Origin: Acidimicrobiales bacterium
GTDB taxonomy: Bacteria > Actinomycetota > Acidimicrobiia > Acidimicrobiales > SZUA-35
Length of the DNA: 64,000 nt
Reading direction: 5' to 3'
Assembly (NCBI GenBank): GCA_037968895.1
Contig: JBBKWJ010000175.1
Span: 1,166-65,165, forward strand
In this document: piece by piece, positions 8,749 to 19,077 of the stretch
Layout of the letters: each line of letters starts with the position of its first letter
How positions within the stretch are numbered: position 1 is the stretch's first letter
Notes under the pieces: generated by a model
Databases searched by the model: none
Seen by the model: only the letters and a program-made list of their open reading frames with translations
What the model was told of the DNA's origin: nothing
Program-made: the position numbers and the translations under genes

Positions 8749-10569
8749 TCATGTTGGCGTTCGTTCGGAGCCCAAAAGTGTGGCGAGTCCGGATGTGCGA
8801 ACTACTCGTTTGTTGATTCCAGCCCTGAGAGCCGCCTCGGTTGCCACGATCGTGACAGATTCTTTTGCACGCGTTACCCCGGTGTAGAGGAGTTCTCGGC
8901 TGACGACAGGTGACTCGACTGACGGAAGGGCAACAACTATGTGGGGAAACTCTGAACCCTGGCTTTTGTGAATGGTCATTGCCCACCATGTTTGGACTGC
9001 GCCGAGGCGAACCGCCGGAATGGAACGAATATTTTCATGGTCGGGAAAGGCGACGGATCGCACTTCGGCTGTGTCGACGACGACGCCGATGTCGCCGTTG
9101 AAAACCTTCTGCACTGGGTCGTTCTGCGTCACCATGATTGGTCGGCCGACGTACCACGGGTTGTACTGGTCGGCGGGGGCGATCGCATCGGTGCATCGCT
9201 GAGTGATGCGGTCAGACCACCAGTCCACGCCGAGCGGGCCCTTCTTCGTTGCCGACAACACCTTAAAGTCGGTTGCGGCGTGAAGCGATTGGGCTGCGTC
9301 GCCAGCCCTGGCCAGTTTGATGACCGCCTCGGCGGAACGAACCGCTCGGTCTTCGAGCTGAGATACTGACGCCGAATCGGCTGGATCGATGAGCGTGGCA
9401 TCGAGTATGTCTGGGTCACGCAAGATTCGTAGTGCTGCGTCGTCGTCCCCATTGCGAATTGCGGTCGCGAGCGCGGCGATGCCGGAGTCGGCGCTGAAGC
9501 GGTGGACTCGGTCAAGCGCGACCGTGTGGGATCGGAGCACCGAGTCGGGCAGGCCGGATGAGTCGATGAGATCACCCAAAACCGCCCCGGCCTCAACACT
9601 TGCGAGCTGGAACGGATCGCCAACGAGAATCACCCTTGCTTCGGGCCGAAGCGAATCGAGTAATCGGGCCATGAGAGGCAGCGAGACCATCGAGGTCTCG
9701 TCGACGACGACAACATCGAAAGGGAGGGGGTTAAGGCGGTCGTGGGCGAATCGGTTGCCTCCGCCAGGACCGAGGAGGCGGTGAATCGTCGTTGCCTCGA
9801 TAGCGACGAGTTTGTTCGTCGCATCGCTATTGGCGTCGAGGCCTGACAGTTCCCGCTGCACTGCCTCGGTCATTCGAGCCGCCGCCTTGCCGGTAGGCGC
9901 TGCGAGCGCAACGGTCGTCTCGGTCCCATTTGCGGCCGAGAGGGAGAGCAGCGCGATCAGCATTCGTGCCACGGTGCGGGTCTTCCCCGTCCCCGGGCCA
10001 CCCGCGATGATCGCGAGTTTCTCGGTCAGGGCAATTTTGGCCGCAGCTCGCTGGGTGTCGGTCGGATCTGAGCTGAAGAGATCGTCGAGCATCGGTTCGA
10101 GTTCGCTTGATGGCGCTGGCATTGGGCTCTTTGCTCTGGCTCGAAGCGCCTCGGCGACGAGTTGTTCGTAGCGAGCGAAACGATCGAGGTAGAGGCGGGA
10201 CCCATCGATTGCCATCGGCTGACGGTGGAGGCCCTTTGGCTCGCCCGCGAGAAGCGGCCGGACCAGAGGACTTGCGCGAACCAGTTCGATCCATGCGGCT
10301 GCATCGGGCCATGGCAGCTCACACGTTGGATCGTCAACGGGAATTTGCTCGGCCGCACGCATGAGGTCGACACATACGTGTCCCCAAATGGGCGCCCGCA
10401 TCGCGAGCGCAAATGCGAGCAGCACGTCGTTCGGAGTATCTGGCTGCAGCCGGGCGATGGTGGATGCGGCCTGGATCTCAGTGGGACCAAGAACGCCAGC
10501 TTCCCGATAGGGCTCGAGGTCGGGCTGCGAAGGCCGATATGGGTTGACGTCGGTTGCGGTGTCGGTCAT
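8749..10569 (-). CDS. recD: Exodeoxyribonuclease V alpha subunit
   Basis: GGPGTGKT Walker A, APTGKAA, TIHRLL, DETSM, GDPFQLASVEAG, TIHKSQGSE, ELLYTGVTRA; follows recC and recB. Confidence 0.95.
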   Translation of the reverse strand: MTDTATDVNPYRPSQPDLEPYREAGVLGPTEIQAASTIARLQPDTPNDVLLAFALAMRAPIWGHVCVDLMRAAEQIPVDDPTCELPWPDAAAWIELVRASPLVRPLLAGEPKGLHRQPMAIDGSRLYLDRFARYEQLVAEALRARAKSPMPAPSSELEPMLDDLFSSDPTDTQRAAAKIALTEKLAIIAGGPGTGKTRTVARMLIALLSLSAANGTETTVALAAPTGKAAARMTEAVQRELSGLDANSDATNKLVAIEATTIHRLLGPGGGNRFAHDRLNPLPFDVVVVDETSMVSLPLMARLLDSLRPEARVILVGDPFQLASVEAGAVLGDLIDSSGLPDSVLRSHTVALDRVHRFSADSGIAALATAIRNGDDDAALRILRDPDILDATLIDPADSASVSQLEDRAVRSAEAVIKLARAGDAAQSLHAATDFKVLSATKKGPLGVDWWSDRITQRCTDAIAPADQYNPWYVGRPIMVTQNDPVQKVFNGDIGVVVDTAEVRSVAFPDHENIRSIPAVRLGAVQTWWAMTIHKSQGSEFPHIVVALPSVESPVVSRELLYTGVTRAKESVTIVATEAALRAGINKRVVRTSGLATLLGSERTPT

Positions 10570-13500
10570 GGCGTCAGTCCGTCCAACAGGTCGCTGAGTT
10601 CGAGAATCAGAGAGGTCGCAGGGCGCCAGCAGAACACGCCTTGTCGGTGCCCGGCATATGCCTTGTCGTGGCTCACTGGTGTGTCGGGGCCGGTCATGCC
10701 TCGCACGAAGAGGTAGGCCATTCCCCCGAGGTGACGATCGGGGTCGTAATCGGCGAGCCGCCAGCGAAGGAAGCGGTGTAGGGCCACGGAATACAACAGG
10801 CCCTGCAGAGGGTAGTGGTGATGCGCCATCGCTTCGGGCAGTCTGGCAGGCGCGTAGTCGGCCCCGCTTGTTGGCTCGCCTGGTATGGACAGCTTGTTGG
10901 TCTTGTAGTCAACAACGAAGTAGGTATTGTCGATCGGGTGGCGCAGCACGATGTCGATTGAGCCAGTGAGGTGGCCCGCGAGTGTGACGTCGAACGCTCC
11001 ACTGGCAACGTCGGTGGCCCAGGCTTCAAGTGGGTCGCCTGGCGCCATGTGTCGCAAGATCGCTTCGCCAATTTGATAACCGGTAGCACGGCTACCGCTT
11101 TGGCCGAGGTTGAGTTCGAACCCGAGTTCGTCGAGTCGGTCTGCCCGCGTGAACGCTTGAAGCGACAGGTCGCCGAATGGCTGCCCGAGCGGTGTCTGGA
11201 TTGCCTGAACAATCCCGTCGACAATCACATCGTCATCGGCCGGCCAGTCGGCCGAGCGACCGAGCTGCGCGACCCACGCCGAAACCTCGGCTCGGAGATC
11301 AGCGGCGCAAAAGTCAATCTGCTCATAAACCAGGTGGACAAGCGTGCCAAACGCGGCGCTTCCTGGCACGTTGCCCCACGCAAGCTCAGAGTCGCTCAGC
11401 TCAGGCACGACTACAAGCGGCTGCTGCGCCTCGTCGCTTTTCAACCCACTGTCTTCGAGGCGGCTGGCCTGGCGGTTGGTTATGAGAGTGAACGACCACC
11501 GTTCGGGGACCCGGTCGAGGGTCCGGTCGAGTCGCCTGATGCCGAGTGAGTCAGAGCCCTCAAACGTTGGCGCCGTGTAGCGATCGTATGGTTCTTGGGG
11601 ATAGCCGGGCATTGACGAAATCGACAGTGCCGGGCCGCCGAGCCCTTCGGCGCCCCTGGCTATTACGGGAGCGAGAGCGTCGACTGCGTCTTCGTCACTT
11701 GGCACCTCAACCGTTGCACGGGCGAAGGCAACGGGATCAATTGCGCCGGTGGCGTCTCTGGCAAACAGGAGTTTCGCGAGTGGAGTTTTGCCATTGTCGC
11801 CTCGGTCGGCCCACCAGGCAACAACATGGTGTTGTGCCCTAGTGAGCGCGACATAGGCCAGCCGCAGTCGCTCCGCTTGGCGCTCGGCGGCGGCGGCAGC
11901 CCGTGCCTCTTTCGGCGCGCCGTTCTTCTCGGCGTTTTTGCGAAGGTCGAGCACACGTTGGCCTGACGTCGTGTAGACAACGGGCAGCTTCCAGTCAGCA
12001 GTGCCAGGCTGCCCGAGCGAGGGGCAAAGAACGATTGGAAACTCAAGGCCCTTTGAGGAGTGCATGGTGACCACTTGGACGGCATCGGCATCGGTTTCTA
12101 CCCGCCGCTGAGTGGCTTCAGCCTCAGTTTCATCACGGCGAGCGGCGAGTTCGTCGAGCAGGTCAACAAGGCTTGAGGCGCTGACTTGACGACTTCCGGC
12201 TTCGACTTGGACGACCTCGGCCAGGTGTTGGAGGTCAGTGAGCGAACGATCGCCCTCAGGACGGCCAAGGACGTGGCTCGCAACCTCGCTCTGGTTCGCC
12301 ACCTTGTTGAAGAAGGCGGTTAAGCCTCGCCTCTGGAGCGTCTCGGCCCAGTCGTGAAGCTGACCCTGCACCGTGGCGACTTCAGTGTCTGACGCTGCGT
12401 TGAGTTGCTCGGGCGTCCACCCGAAGAACCAACCAATTGCCGCGGCGCGTGCTCGAGCTGGATTGGACGGCTGTGCGACCGCAGCGATTAGTCGGCGCCA
12501 TTGGAGAGCAGCCGGTGATTCGAAAACGTTGCCGCTCCGCAGAACCACCGCGGGGACACCGGCGTCGCTGAGCGCCCGCTGGAATGACTGCGCTTCTCTG
12601 TTGCTGCTCACAAGAATGGCAATGTCTGACGGCACGACCGGGCGGTGTTGCTCGCCGGTAGGTAGTTCGCCAGCATGCAGTAGTTCAAGCACTTGATTGA
12701 CGAGATCTGTCTTCACGAGAACCTGGGCTGCGGGCGACAGGAGATGCTTCCCTTTGGAGTCGCGCCCAAACCCAGATGGACTCGAGAGTCTGATGGCCAC
12801 GCCGGGGGCGGGTGCGCCGTTGAGAAGAAGACGCTGTGGTTCGTGTAAGGCTGTTGCTGCCACCGGCACAAATGGGATGGTGTCGCCGAAAGTTGCACCT
12901 TCGAATAGAACGTGCAGACCGCTGATAACAGCGCCGTTCGACCGCCAGTTTGTTGGCAGGGACGAACGTTGGACTCCCGGCGTCGCCATCGCCTGAAGAT
13001 AGGTGTCGACGCTTGCGCCCCTGAAGGCATAAATGGCTTGTTTCGGGTCACCAACGAGCACGAGCGACGACGGAGGCATGAGACTCTCGGGGCGGTCGCT
13101 CGAGGCGAAAATGGTTGAGAAAATGTCCCACTGCACAAGGTCGGTGTCTTGGAACTCGTCGATAAGGGCAACCCTAAACCTTCGTCGTAGCGCATCGCGG
13201 GCGTCGCCATGTTCGTTGTGGAGCGCGTCGCGTAGCCGGGTCAGGATGTCGTCGAACGACATGGTGCCTGCCGCTTGCCGCCGTTTCTGGACGGTGTCTG
13301 CGATTGCGAGAATCAGTTCTCGCGTGACCGCCATTGGCGCTTCGACTCCGTCGTCATCGAGCTCAGGAGCGAGTCGCATACCAGGGTTGCCGAGTATCTG
13401 TTTCACGCCTTTGATGAGTTCGTCGAGTTGCGGAAGCAGAGCGGCCGGCTCTGTCCCATTCTGCAGCGCGGCGGACGCAATTCTGCCGTAGGTCTGGTCG

Positions 13501-14030
13501 GCCAGGAGAGCGGGCTGTTCTACACCGATTGAGAGGGCGGCGAGGTGGTCGCTCGCCACGGCCAGGACGAGGTCGCTTGTATCGTCGACAAGACGGGCGT
13601 CGGGGTCGCCGGGTGCGCCGACCCCAAGAGTTGCAAGTATCTGCTGGGCGAACCCGTGGATCGTCGTGATGGTGGCGGCGTCGAAGTCGTTGAGTGCGGT
13701 TTCAAGCCGCTCCAACCGAAGCGCCCGTTCGCTATCGTCGGTGTTGAGAAGGTGGGTGAGTAAGCGGTCATCGGGGTTCGCCGAGTTCTCTCGAAGGGCT
13801 ACGACCGCCTCGGAGATTCGGGCCCTGACTCGATCACGAAGCTCGGCTGCCGCCGCTCGAGTAAACGTCACGACGAGGTGTTCGTCGACGGTGACACCGG
13901 CTTCGGCGATGTAGCGGACGACCAGGCTCGAAAGGGTGAAGGTCTTGCCAGTGCCGGCGCTCGCCTCAATCGCGGAGACTCCCCACGGCAGCGGGCCGTC
14001 GAGCAAGAATGGTGTGGGAAAGTCAGACAT
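10566..14030 (-). CDS. recB: Exodeoxyribonuclease V beta subunit
   Basis: ASAGTGKT, TFTRAAAAELRDR, DEFQDTD, GDPKQAIYAFRGA, KGLEF, YVALTRA; C-terminal nuclease GSID...VDYKTN...LQ. Confidence 0.95.
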   Translation of the reverse strand: MSDFPTPFLLDGPLPWGVSAIEASAGTGKTFTLSSLVVRYIAEAGVTVDEHLVVTFTRAAAAELRDRVRARISEAVVALRENSANPDDRLLTHLLNTDDSERALRLERLETALNDFDAATITTIHGFAQQILATLGVGAPGDPDARLVDDTSDLVLAVASDHLAALSIGVEQPALLADQTYGRIASAALQNGTEPAALLPQLDELIKGVKQILGNPGMRLAPELDDDGVEAPMAVTRELILAIADTVQKRRQAAGTMSFDDILTRLRDALHNEHGDARDALRRRFRVALIDEFQDTDLVQWDIFSTIFASSDRPESLMPPSSLVLVGDPKQAIYAFRGASVDTYLQAMATPGVQRSSLPTNWRSNGAVISGLHVLFEGATFGDTIPFVPVAATALHEPQRLLLNGAPAPGVAIRLSSPSGFGRDSKGKHLLSPAAQVLVKTDLVNQVLELLHAGELPTGEQHRPVVPSDIAILVSSNREAQSFQRALSDAGVPAVVLRSGNVFESPAALQWRRLIAAVAQPSNPARARAAAIGWFFGWTPEQLNAASDTEVATVQGQLHDWAETLQRRGLTAFFNKVANQSEVASHVLGRPEGDRSLTDLQHLAEVVQVEAGSRQVSASSLVDLLDELAARRDETEAEATQRRVETDADAVQVVTMHSSKGLEFPIVLCPSLGQPGTADWKLPVVYTTSGQRVLDLRKNAEKNGAPKEARAAAAAERQAERLRLAYVALTRAQHHVVAWWADRGDNGKTPLAKLLFARDATGAIDPVAFARATVEVPSDEDAVDALAPVIARGAEGLGGPALSISSMPGYPQEPYDRYTAPTFEGSDSLGIRRLDRTLDRVPERWSFTLITNRQASRLEDSGLKSDEAQQPLVVVPELSDSELAWGNVPGSAAFGTLVHLVYEQIDFCAADLRAEVSAWVAQLGRSADWPADDDVIVDGIVQAIQTPLGQPFGDLSLQAFTRADRLDELGFELNLGQSGSRATGYQIGEAILRHMAPGDPLEAWATDVASGAFDVTLAGHLTGSIDIVLRHPIDNTYFVVDYKTNKLSIPGEPTSGADYAPARLPEAMAHHHYPLQGLLYSVALHRFLRWRLADYDPDRHLGGMAYLFVRGMTGPDTPVSHDKAYAGHRQGVFCWRPATSLILELSDLLDGLTP

Positions 14031-17000
14031 TGACAGGCCCATCGATCGAGTCGCTTACGATGCTCCAGAGCAGGTTGGCGAATCGCACAAACCGACCGGG
14101 ATGAGCGCCAGTTGGGTCGTGCGGCATCGCGGGTAGGTCGAGCAGAGTGTCGAGATCCTCGCCGCCCCACACCTCTTGGTTGTACGCGTCGTCGGCTTCG
14201 CCGGAGAAACCCCATGGTTTCCAGCTTCCACCGCCAGTATCGCCGAGGAAAAGTTCGCCAGAGGTTTTGGCGAAGAGGGGAAGCGGTTCGTTGAGCGCCC
14301 GTTGATAGAGGTCGAGTAGCTGCGTCAGCGCGGCATCGGCGCGCACAAGACGCTCCTCGGTGCTGTCGCCCGCGATGCTCATAGAAATGGCAACGACGGG
14401 CTGCTTTACCGACTTTTTCTTGTTGCGGGCCACGAGCGTCGCCCGCCAACGCACATCGGGTTGGGCGAGCGTTGCGATAACTAGCTCGAACCAGAGAGCG
14501 AGGACAAGCTTAGGGTTCGACTTGCTGTTACTCAGATGCAGAATGGCGGGCTCTGTCTCGTTTGAGACGAGCCGATCAATGACCCCAATGATGCGTGTGT
14601 GGCCGTGATGCAGGTTGACGTCCAGCGGTTCGACAGGCGCTCCAGGTTGAAATGCGTCGTGTGCTGCTTCGGTCAGCGCGGCCACTGTCTCTGTGAGCTG
14701 ATCGATCGTGATTTTGGCTGCAGCGCCGGCCGGGAGATCGCCTGTTTGTTGATAGAAGTATGCCCAGTCGTCGGTCTCAGATGGTGAGTTGAGAAGCTTG
14801 TCGGCGAGTGTCCAGTTTGCGAGCGAGTCCAGAGTGATCGGTAGGTTTTCGTCTGGCACTTCGTCAACAGAGGTGAGCCTGACCTGCAGTCTGGTAGTGA
14901 AGAATGTACGAACCGGTGCGCTGAGAAACGAACGAAGTTCTTTCAGCGTGAGCTGTGTGATTTCTTGATCGGAAAGCGGGCGTTCCATCCACCGATCGTG
15001 AGTCTCGCGTGATTCTTTCGAGTGTGCTGATCGAAGCGCTCGCTCGTCGAAAGTGGTGGTTGTTCCCGGCTGGAGGTGGCGAGGGTCGAATATTTGGCGG
15101 GCGTGGTCTGAGGTCGTGAACTTGCCGCTTGTCATCGTGGCGAGCACGTCGAGTAATTCAGAAACGGCGATGGCGGGTGGGACCGAAGCGTTGGTCCGTT
15201 CGTTATTGGCGGTTCGGGTGATAATCAACTTGTCGGTGGTGCTGAGGATTGTTTCGAGCACGCTCTGGCGCCGATCGGCTCGAGGCTCAACATCGCCAAG
15301 CGTCGAGTGCTGGGCAACGAGGTCATCGCCTGTGCCAAATGGTGCTGCGAACGCAGATTCATCGAGGCCGACGAGGCATGTGATGCGCGAAGGGAGCCAT
15401 CGCATTGGTTGCATACTCGTGATCGTGACACCTCCGGTGTAGAACCGGTTTCGTCCAGGGGAACCCCGCAACGCTCGACTCAACAACTGGGAGAACTCGG
15501 TGAACGTGACCTCAGGGCTTGCGCCGTCGGCCTCGGCGGCGTCGGCCAGAGAAGTGAGGAGTTCGCGCACTTGATCGTGTTGCCACTCTTCGTCGTCTGG
15601 GGGTGTGAGCAGTTCGTCGGTCGCCAAGCGCCACCAAGTCGTCCAGCCGCCGATGGTGCGGCGCTCGGCGAGCGAGGCAACAAGCTGTTCGAGGAGGTCG
15701 ACGAGACGAGCGAGGCGTCCGAGGAGTTCGACGTCGTTACCTTCGACACCTCGGGCGGCAACGTCTCCGGGACCAAGGGCGGGCAGGTCGTCAAAGATTG
15801 CTACCCCAAGAAGGAGTTGGTCGAGTGCGCTTCGCCACGTGTTGGCCTCGAATACCTCAGGGATAGACCAGCGCTCGCGGTGGCTGGCATTGAGCCCCCA
15901 TCTGACGTTGCACCAGATGCTCCATTGTTCGATTTGGGTGACCGCATCATCGTCGAGACTGAATCTACGTCGGACCGCCGCCTGGCCCGCGAACTCGAGT
16001 AGATCCGATCGCGAGAATCTGCCGGGAAGTAGGCGGAGGAGTGAGAGGACACCCTCAACATATTCAGTTGTCGTTTCTAGCGAGCGATCGGTGACGACAT
16101 AGCGGAGCGAAGGGGTTGGCGCATCTCGTGTGTGGTCGCCGCCGATCGTGGCTGAGGGACCGAACACCGAAGGGATGAGGGGGGCGAACCGAACGAGGTC
16201 GGGTATCAGAATGTTAATGTCAGATTCTTGAAGTGTCGGATCGTCGGCCAACGCAGCGAGCACGGCATCACGACACGCTTCGAGCTGGCGAATCGGTCCA
16301 AAGCAGTTGTGGATCTGCACGCTGTCATCGACGGGGACAACACCTCTCGGAGCTGAGTTTGAGTGAATGTCGGATTGCAGGCTTCGGAGGATTGTGGTGG
16401 CGCCTGACACCGTTCCATTCACCGACACCGTTCCATCCACTGACGGTGTGCCACTTACTGTGTGCTCGGTCAGGCTGTTTTCGCGGCCAAGTTCGGCCGC
16501 CTCGTGTGATGGCTTTCCCCAGGTCCGAAGTAGGGGGTTGATCGGATCGGCAACACGAGAAGCGAGTGACGGCGCGACCAAGTAGAGGTCGACTGTGCGA
16601 TGGACGGCAAGTGCTTCGAGAAGATCGATGAACTCTTGGCCCCCCGGAAATGAGGAGGTGCCGAACACAGTCAGTCGACTCGGTAGCTCGTTGCTGAAGG
16701 CGCCTGGGTCGGTGTGGAGCTGGTGGAGAAGGCTTGGGAGTCGTTCAGCATTGCTTTCTGTACCGATGGCATCTCGAACGAGACGCCACAACGCCGGTTG
16801 CCACCGTTGGTTGGGGGCCAGAATTTCTCCCGACGGGTCGACATCGAAGCCGCTCCGCCATGAACGAAGCATGGCCGGCCGGTGCACGCTGTAGTGATCG
16901 AAGAGATCGGCGATCGAGCGGGCCCGTCCAAACCAAGTTGCGCCAACGGGGAGCGTGCTGAGCGGCCCGAGAATTGGTGCGTTGGCATCGTCTTGGATGA

Positions 17001-17319
17001 TGCGCAGCACGGTCCACACCAGCCGTTCGATCGACCAGGGCTCTGGTAGTCCGGCCGGATCGTGTTCGTTGGTCGTGGCCACGAGCCGTGAACGAATGGT
17101 GCCGGGAAAGACAAAGTCGATATTGGCGGCGACGCCATCGTGGCGCCCTGGTGTTGCGCCGAGGTGGCGTGCGAGCACCAGGCGAATCCAACGATTCATG
17201 CCACCGCCGGGAACAGCTACAAGCTCTCGTTCGAGCGGGTTTGGGCCAGGAACGCGAAGGCGCTCGGCAAGACGCTCACCGAGCGGTTTGATTGATTCGC
17301 CAACGAAGACCTGAAGCAC
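14023..17319 (-). CDS. recC: Exodeoxyribonuclease V gamma subunit
   Basis: ADLFDHYSVHRP, WQPALWR, NPLLRTWGK, SVQIHNC, VRWG, FLSAPVRTF; operon with recB and recD. Confidence 0.93.
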   Translation of the reverse strand: MLQVFVGESIKPLGERLAERLRVPGPNPLERELVAVPGGGMNRWIRLVLARHLGATPGRHDGVAANIDFVFPGTIRSRLVATTNEHDPAGLPEPWSIERLVWTVLRIIQDDANAPILGPLSTLPVGATWFGRARSIADLFDHYSVHRPAMLRSWRSGFDVDPSGEILAPNQRWQPALWRLVRDAIGTESNAERLPSLLHQLHTDPGAFSNELPSRLTVFGTSSFPGGQEFIDLLEALAVHRTVDLYLVAPSLASRVADPINPLLRTWGKPSHEAAELGRENSLTEHTVSGTPSVDGTVSVNGTVSGATTILRSLQSDIHSNSAPRGVVPVDDSVQIHNCFGPIRQLEACRDAVLAALADDPTLQESDINILIPDLVRFAPLIPSVFGPSATIGGDHTRDAPTPSLRYVVTDRSLETTTEYVEGVLSLLRLLPGRFSRSDLLEFAGQAAVRRRFSLDDDAVTQIEQWSIWCNVRWGLNASHRERWSIPEVFEANTWRSALDQLLLGVAIFDDLPALGPGDVAARGVEGNDVELLGRLARLVDLLEQLVASLAERRTIGGWTTWWRLATDELLTPPDDEEWQHDQVRELLTSLADAAEADGASPEVTFTEFSQLLSRALRGSPGRNRFYTGGVTITSMQPMRWLPSRITCLVGLDESAFAAPFGTGDDLVAQHSTLGDVEPRADRRQSVLETILSTTDKLIITRTANNERTNASVPPAIAVSELLDVLATMTSGKFTTSDHARQIFDPRHLQPGTTTTFDERALRSAHSKESRETHDRWMERPLSDQEITQLTLKELRSFLSAPVRTFFTTRLQVRLTSVDEVPDENLPITLDSLANWTLADKLLNSPSETDDWAYFYQQTGDLPAGAAAKITIDQLTETVAALTEAAHDAFQPGAPVEPLDVNLHHGHTRIIGVIDRLVSNETEPAILHLSNSKSNPKLVLALWFELVIATLAQPDVRWRATLVARNKKKSVKQPVVAISMSIAGDSTEERLVRADAALTQLLDLYQRALNEPLPLFAKTSGELFLGDTGGGSWKPWGFSGEADDAYNQEVWGGEDLDTLLDLPAMPHDPTGAHPGRFVRFANLLWSIVSDSIDGPVNV
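16406..16459. repeat. In-frame 18-bp tandem repeat inside recC (2 near-identical units plus 1 degenerate)
   Basis: gacaccgttccattcacc / gacaccgttccatccact / gacggtgtgccacttact; encodes SGTPSVDGTVSVNGTVS. Confidence 0.7.
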
Positions 17320-17365
17320 CAGAGGAACATAGCCGAGCCCAGTGACAGTCGATTAGTCTGCGGCC

Positions 17366-18070
17366 ATGACCTGGAGACTGATTTTGGTGATGGCCGTTCT
17401 GGCGGCGGGTTGTAGCTCCACGCCACCGGTTGATTCTGCGGTGCTAACCGAATCGGGAACCGTCAGCGTTGGCGGGGCGTCGATTCGCTACCAAACCGCA
17501 GGCCTCAGCGACGACGCCCCTCTCACCTTCTTATTCCTCCACGGTGCCGCGTTCACGTCCGAAACTTGGATCGAAAACGGCATCCTTGCTGGATCGAGCG
17601 ATGGTGACGCCCAGTCGATTGCCATTGATCTTCCTGGCTACGGAGAATCAGAGTCTCCATCCCTCAGCGACGAAGAATTCGTGCCCGAAGCAATTCGCAG
17701 CCTCGGTCTCACACCGGAGGAAACGATTATCGTCTCGCCTTCGGTGTCTGGCATGTTCACGCTTCCCGCGTTGAGGCGCGGGTCGCTTGACGGGCTCGCT
17801 GGTTTTGTTGGTGTGGCTCCGGTCGGGTCAGACGGGTTCGCCGATTCGCTCGGAGCACCCCTCGTGATTGCGATGCGAGCGGTGTGGGGTGATGGGGATG
17901 GTGCCGACCCGCTGGCCGCTGCGAATGCGCTGGCAGCCGGATTTGTCGGAGGCGAAACACGTCTGATCTCTGACGCCGGGCATGCGGCCTATAACCAACA
18001 ACCTCAAGTATTTACCGAGCTTCTTCGGGAATTCGCCAACACGCTCGCGCTGTGCGATGGCCGTTGCTAG
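17366..18070 (+). CDS. Alpha/beta hydrolase lipoprotein, ABHD14-like
   Basis: Lipobox LAAGC; LHG, IDLPGYG, nucleophile SPSVSG, GD, GHAAY. Confidence 0.85.
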   Translation: MTWRLILVMAVLAAGCSSTPPVDSAVLTESGTVSVGGASIRYQTAGLSDDAPLTFLFLHGAAFTSETWIENGILAGSSDGDAQSIAIDLPGYGESESPSLSDEEFVPEAIRSLGLTPEETIIVSPSVSGMFTLPALRRGSLDGLAGFVGVAPVGSDGFADSLGAPLVIAMRAVWGDGDGADPLAAANALAAGFVGGETRLISDAGHAAYNQQPQVFTELLREFANTLALCDGRC

Positions 18071-19062
18071 CGAGTGTCGGTCTGGATTTTGAATTCTTGC
18101 GACTCGCTGAACCCCAGGAGGACGGCGGTTCGCCCGTTCGCTCCGACGATCTCGGTCCAGTAGGCAAGCCCCTGGTCATCAGGCGAGCGGTCGAGAACGT
18201 TTTGATAGATGAGGTCGACAAATTCATCGGCACTGAGATCGCCGTAGCTTGTTACCCATTCTTCGCTCGACATGAAGTAGGTCGCCATCTGCCGCACCGT
18301 CAGGCCCGAGTAGCGCCAATGGACGAAACCATCGAGGTCGGGTTCTCGTAGGAACGCAGCTGCGTACAACCGAACGACGGAACCGTTGACGCCTGCCATC
18401 GACTCGTATGAGAAGGCCTCGCCGGCGAGAGTATTGAGACTTATGGCCGATCCAGTTGCTGGCAGGGACTCGACGAAGTTGAAGGGCACGCTGTTGTTGG
18501 TGTCACAGTCGACAACGGTGAAATGAAGGTGATAGCCACGGCCGAGCGGCCGCGTATAGCCGGTGTTGCCGACGAGACCGAGCGTCTCGCCCTGGGCCAC
18601 CGAGGCGCCGACCTGGATGGAGTCAGGCAAGGATTGGTATGACATGTGGAGGTAGCGGGTGCACAACCCGTTGGCATGCTGAATCTTTACGTAGTTCCCA
18701 GCGCCGCCACGGCCGGTTTGTCCCTGGGCATCACGCCTGACGTCCACAACCACGCCGGGAGCGCTCGCCTTGATTTCCCAACCCCTATCGCCAAAGTCGA
18801 AGGCGTAGCAGCTACGTCCGGGGCAGCTGTGGGAGAAGCTACCGTCAGGTTGCTGGGTGATCGGGTGACTCTGTCCTGCAGCCCACGGTAGGTAAAAGTC
18901 GACTGTGGCCTCGGCTGCCGCTGGTGAAGAATTGAGGGGGACGATCCCAACTGCGGTGACAAGAGAAATGAGCAAAAAAGCGAGAGGGCGAAACACGGGG
19001 CGTGAACCTAACGGGCTCTTGGTCGAGCTGCTACCTCTCGCCACGAATGTCACACCTGCCAT
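18067..19062 (-). CDS. Secreted M23 family peptidase with C-terminal DUF4214-like surface domain
   Basis: Signal/TM segment; AFDF, GNYVKIQH, YLHM, GNTG, HLHF; RLYAAAFLREPD, LIYQNVLDRSPD, FSESQEF. Confidence 0.85.
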   Translation of the reverse strand: MAGVTFVARGSSSTKSPLGSRPVFRPLAFLLISLVTAVGIVPLNSSPAAAEATVDFYLPWAAGQSHPITQQPDGSFSHSCPGRSCYAFDFGDRGWEIKASAPGVVVDVRRDAQGQTGRGGAGNYVKIQHANGLCTRYLHMSYQSLPDSIQVGASVAQGETLGLVGNTGYTRPLGRGYHLHFTVVDCDTNNSVPFNFVESLPATGSAISLNTLAGEAFSYESMAGVNGSVVRLYAAAFLREPDLDGFVHWRYSGLTVRQMATYFMSSEEWVTSYGDLSADEFVDLIYQNVLDRSPDDQGLAYWTEIVGANGRTAVLLGFSESQEFKIQTDTR

Positions 19063-19077
19063 CTACAGTCATCACCT

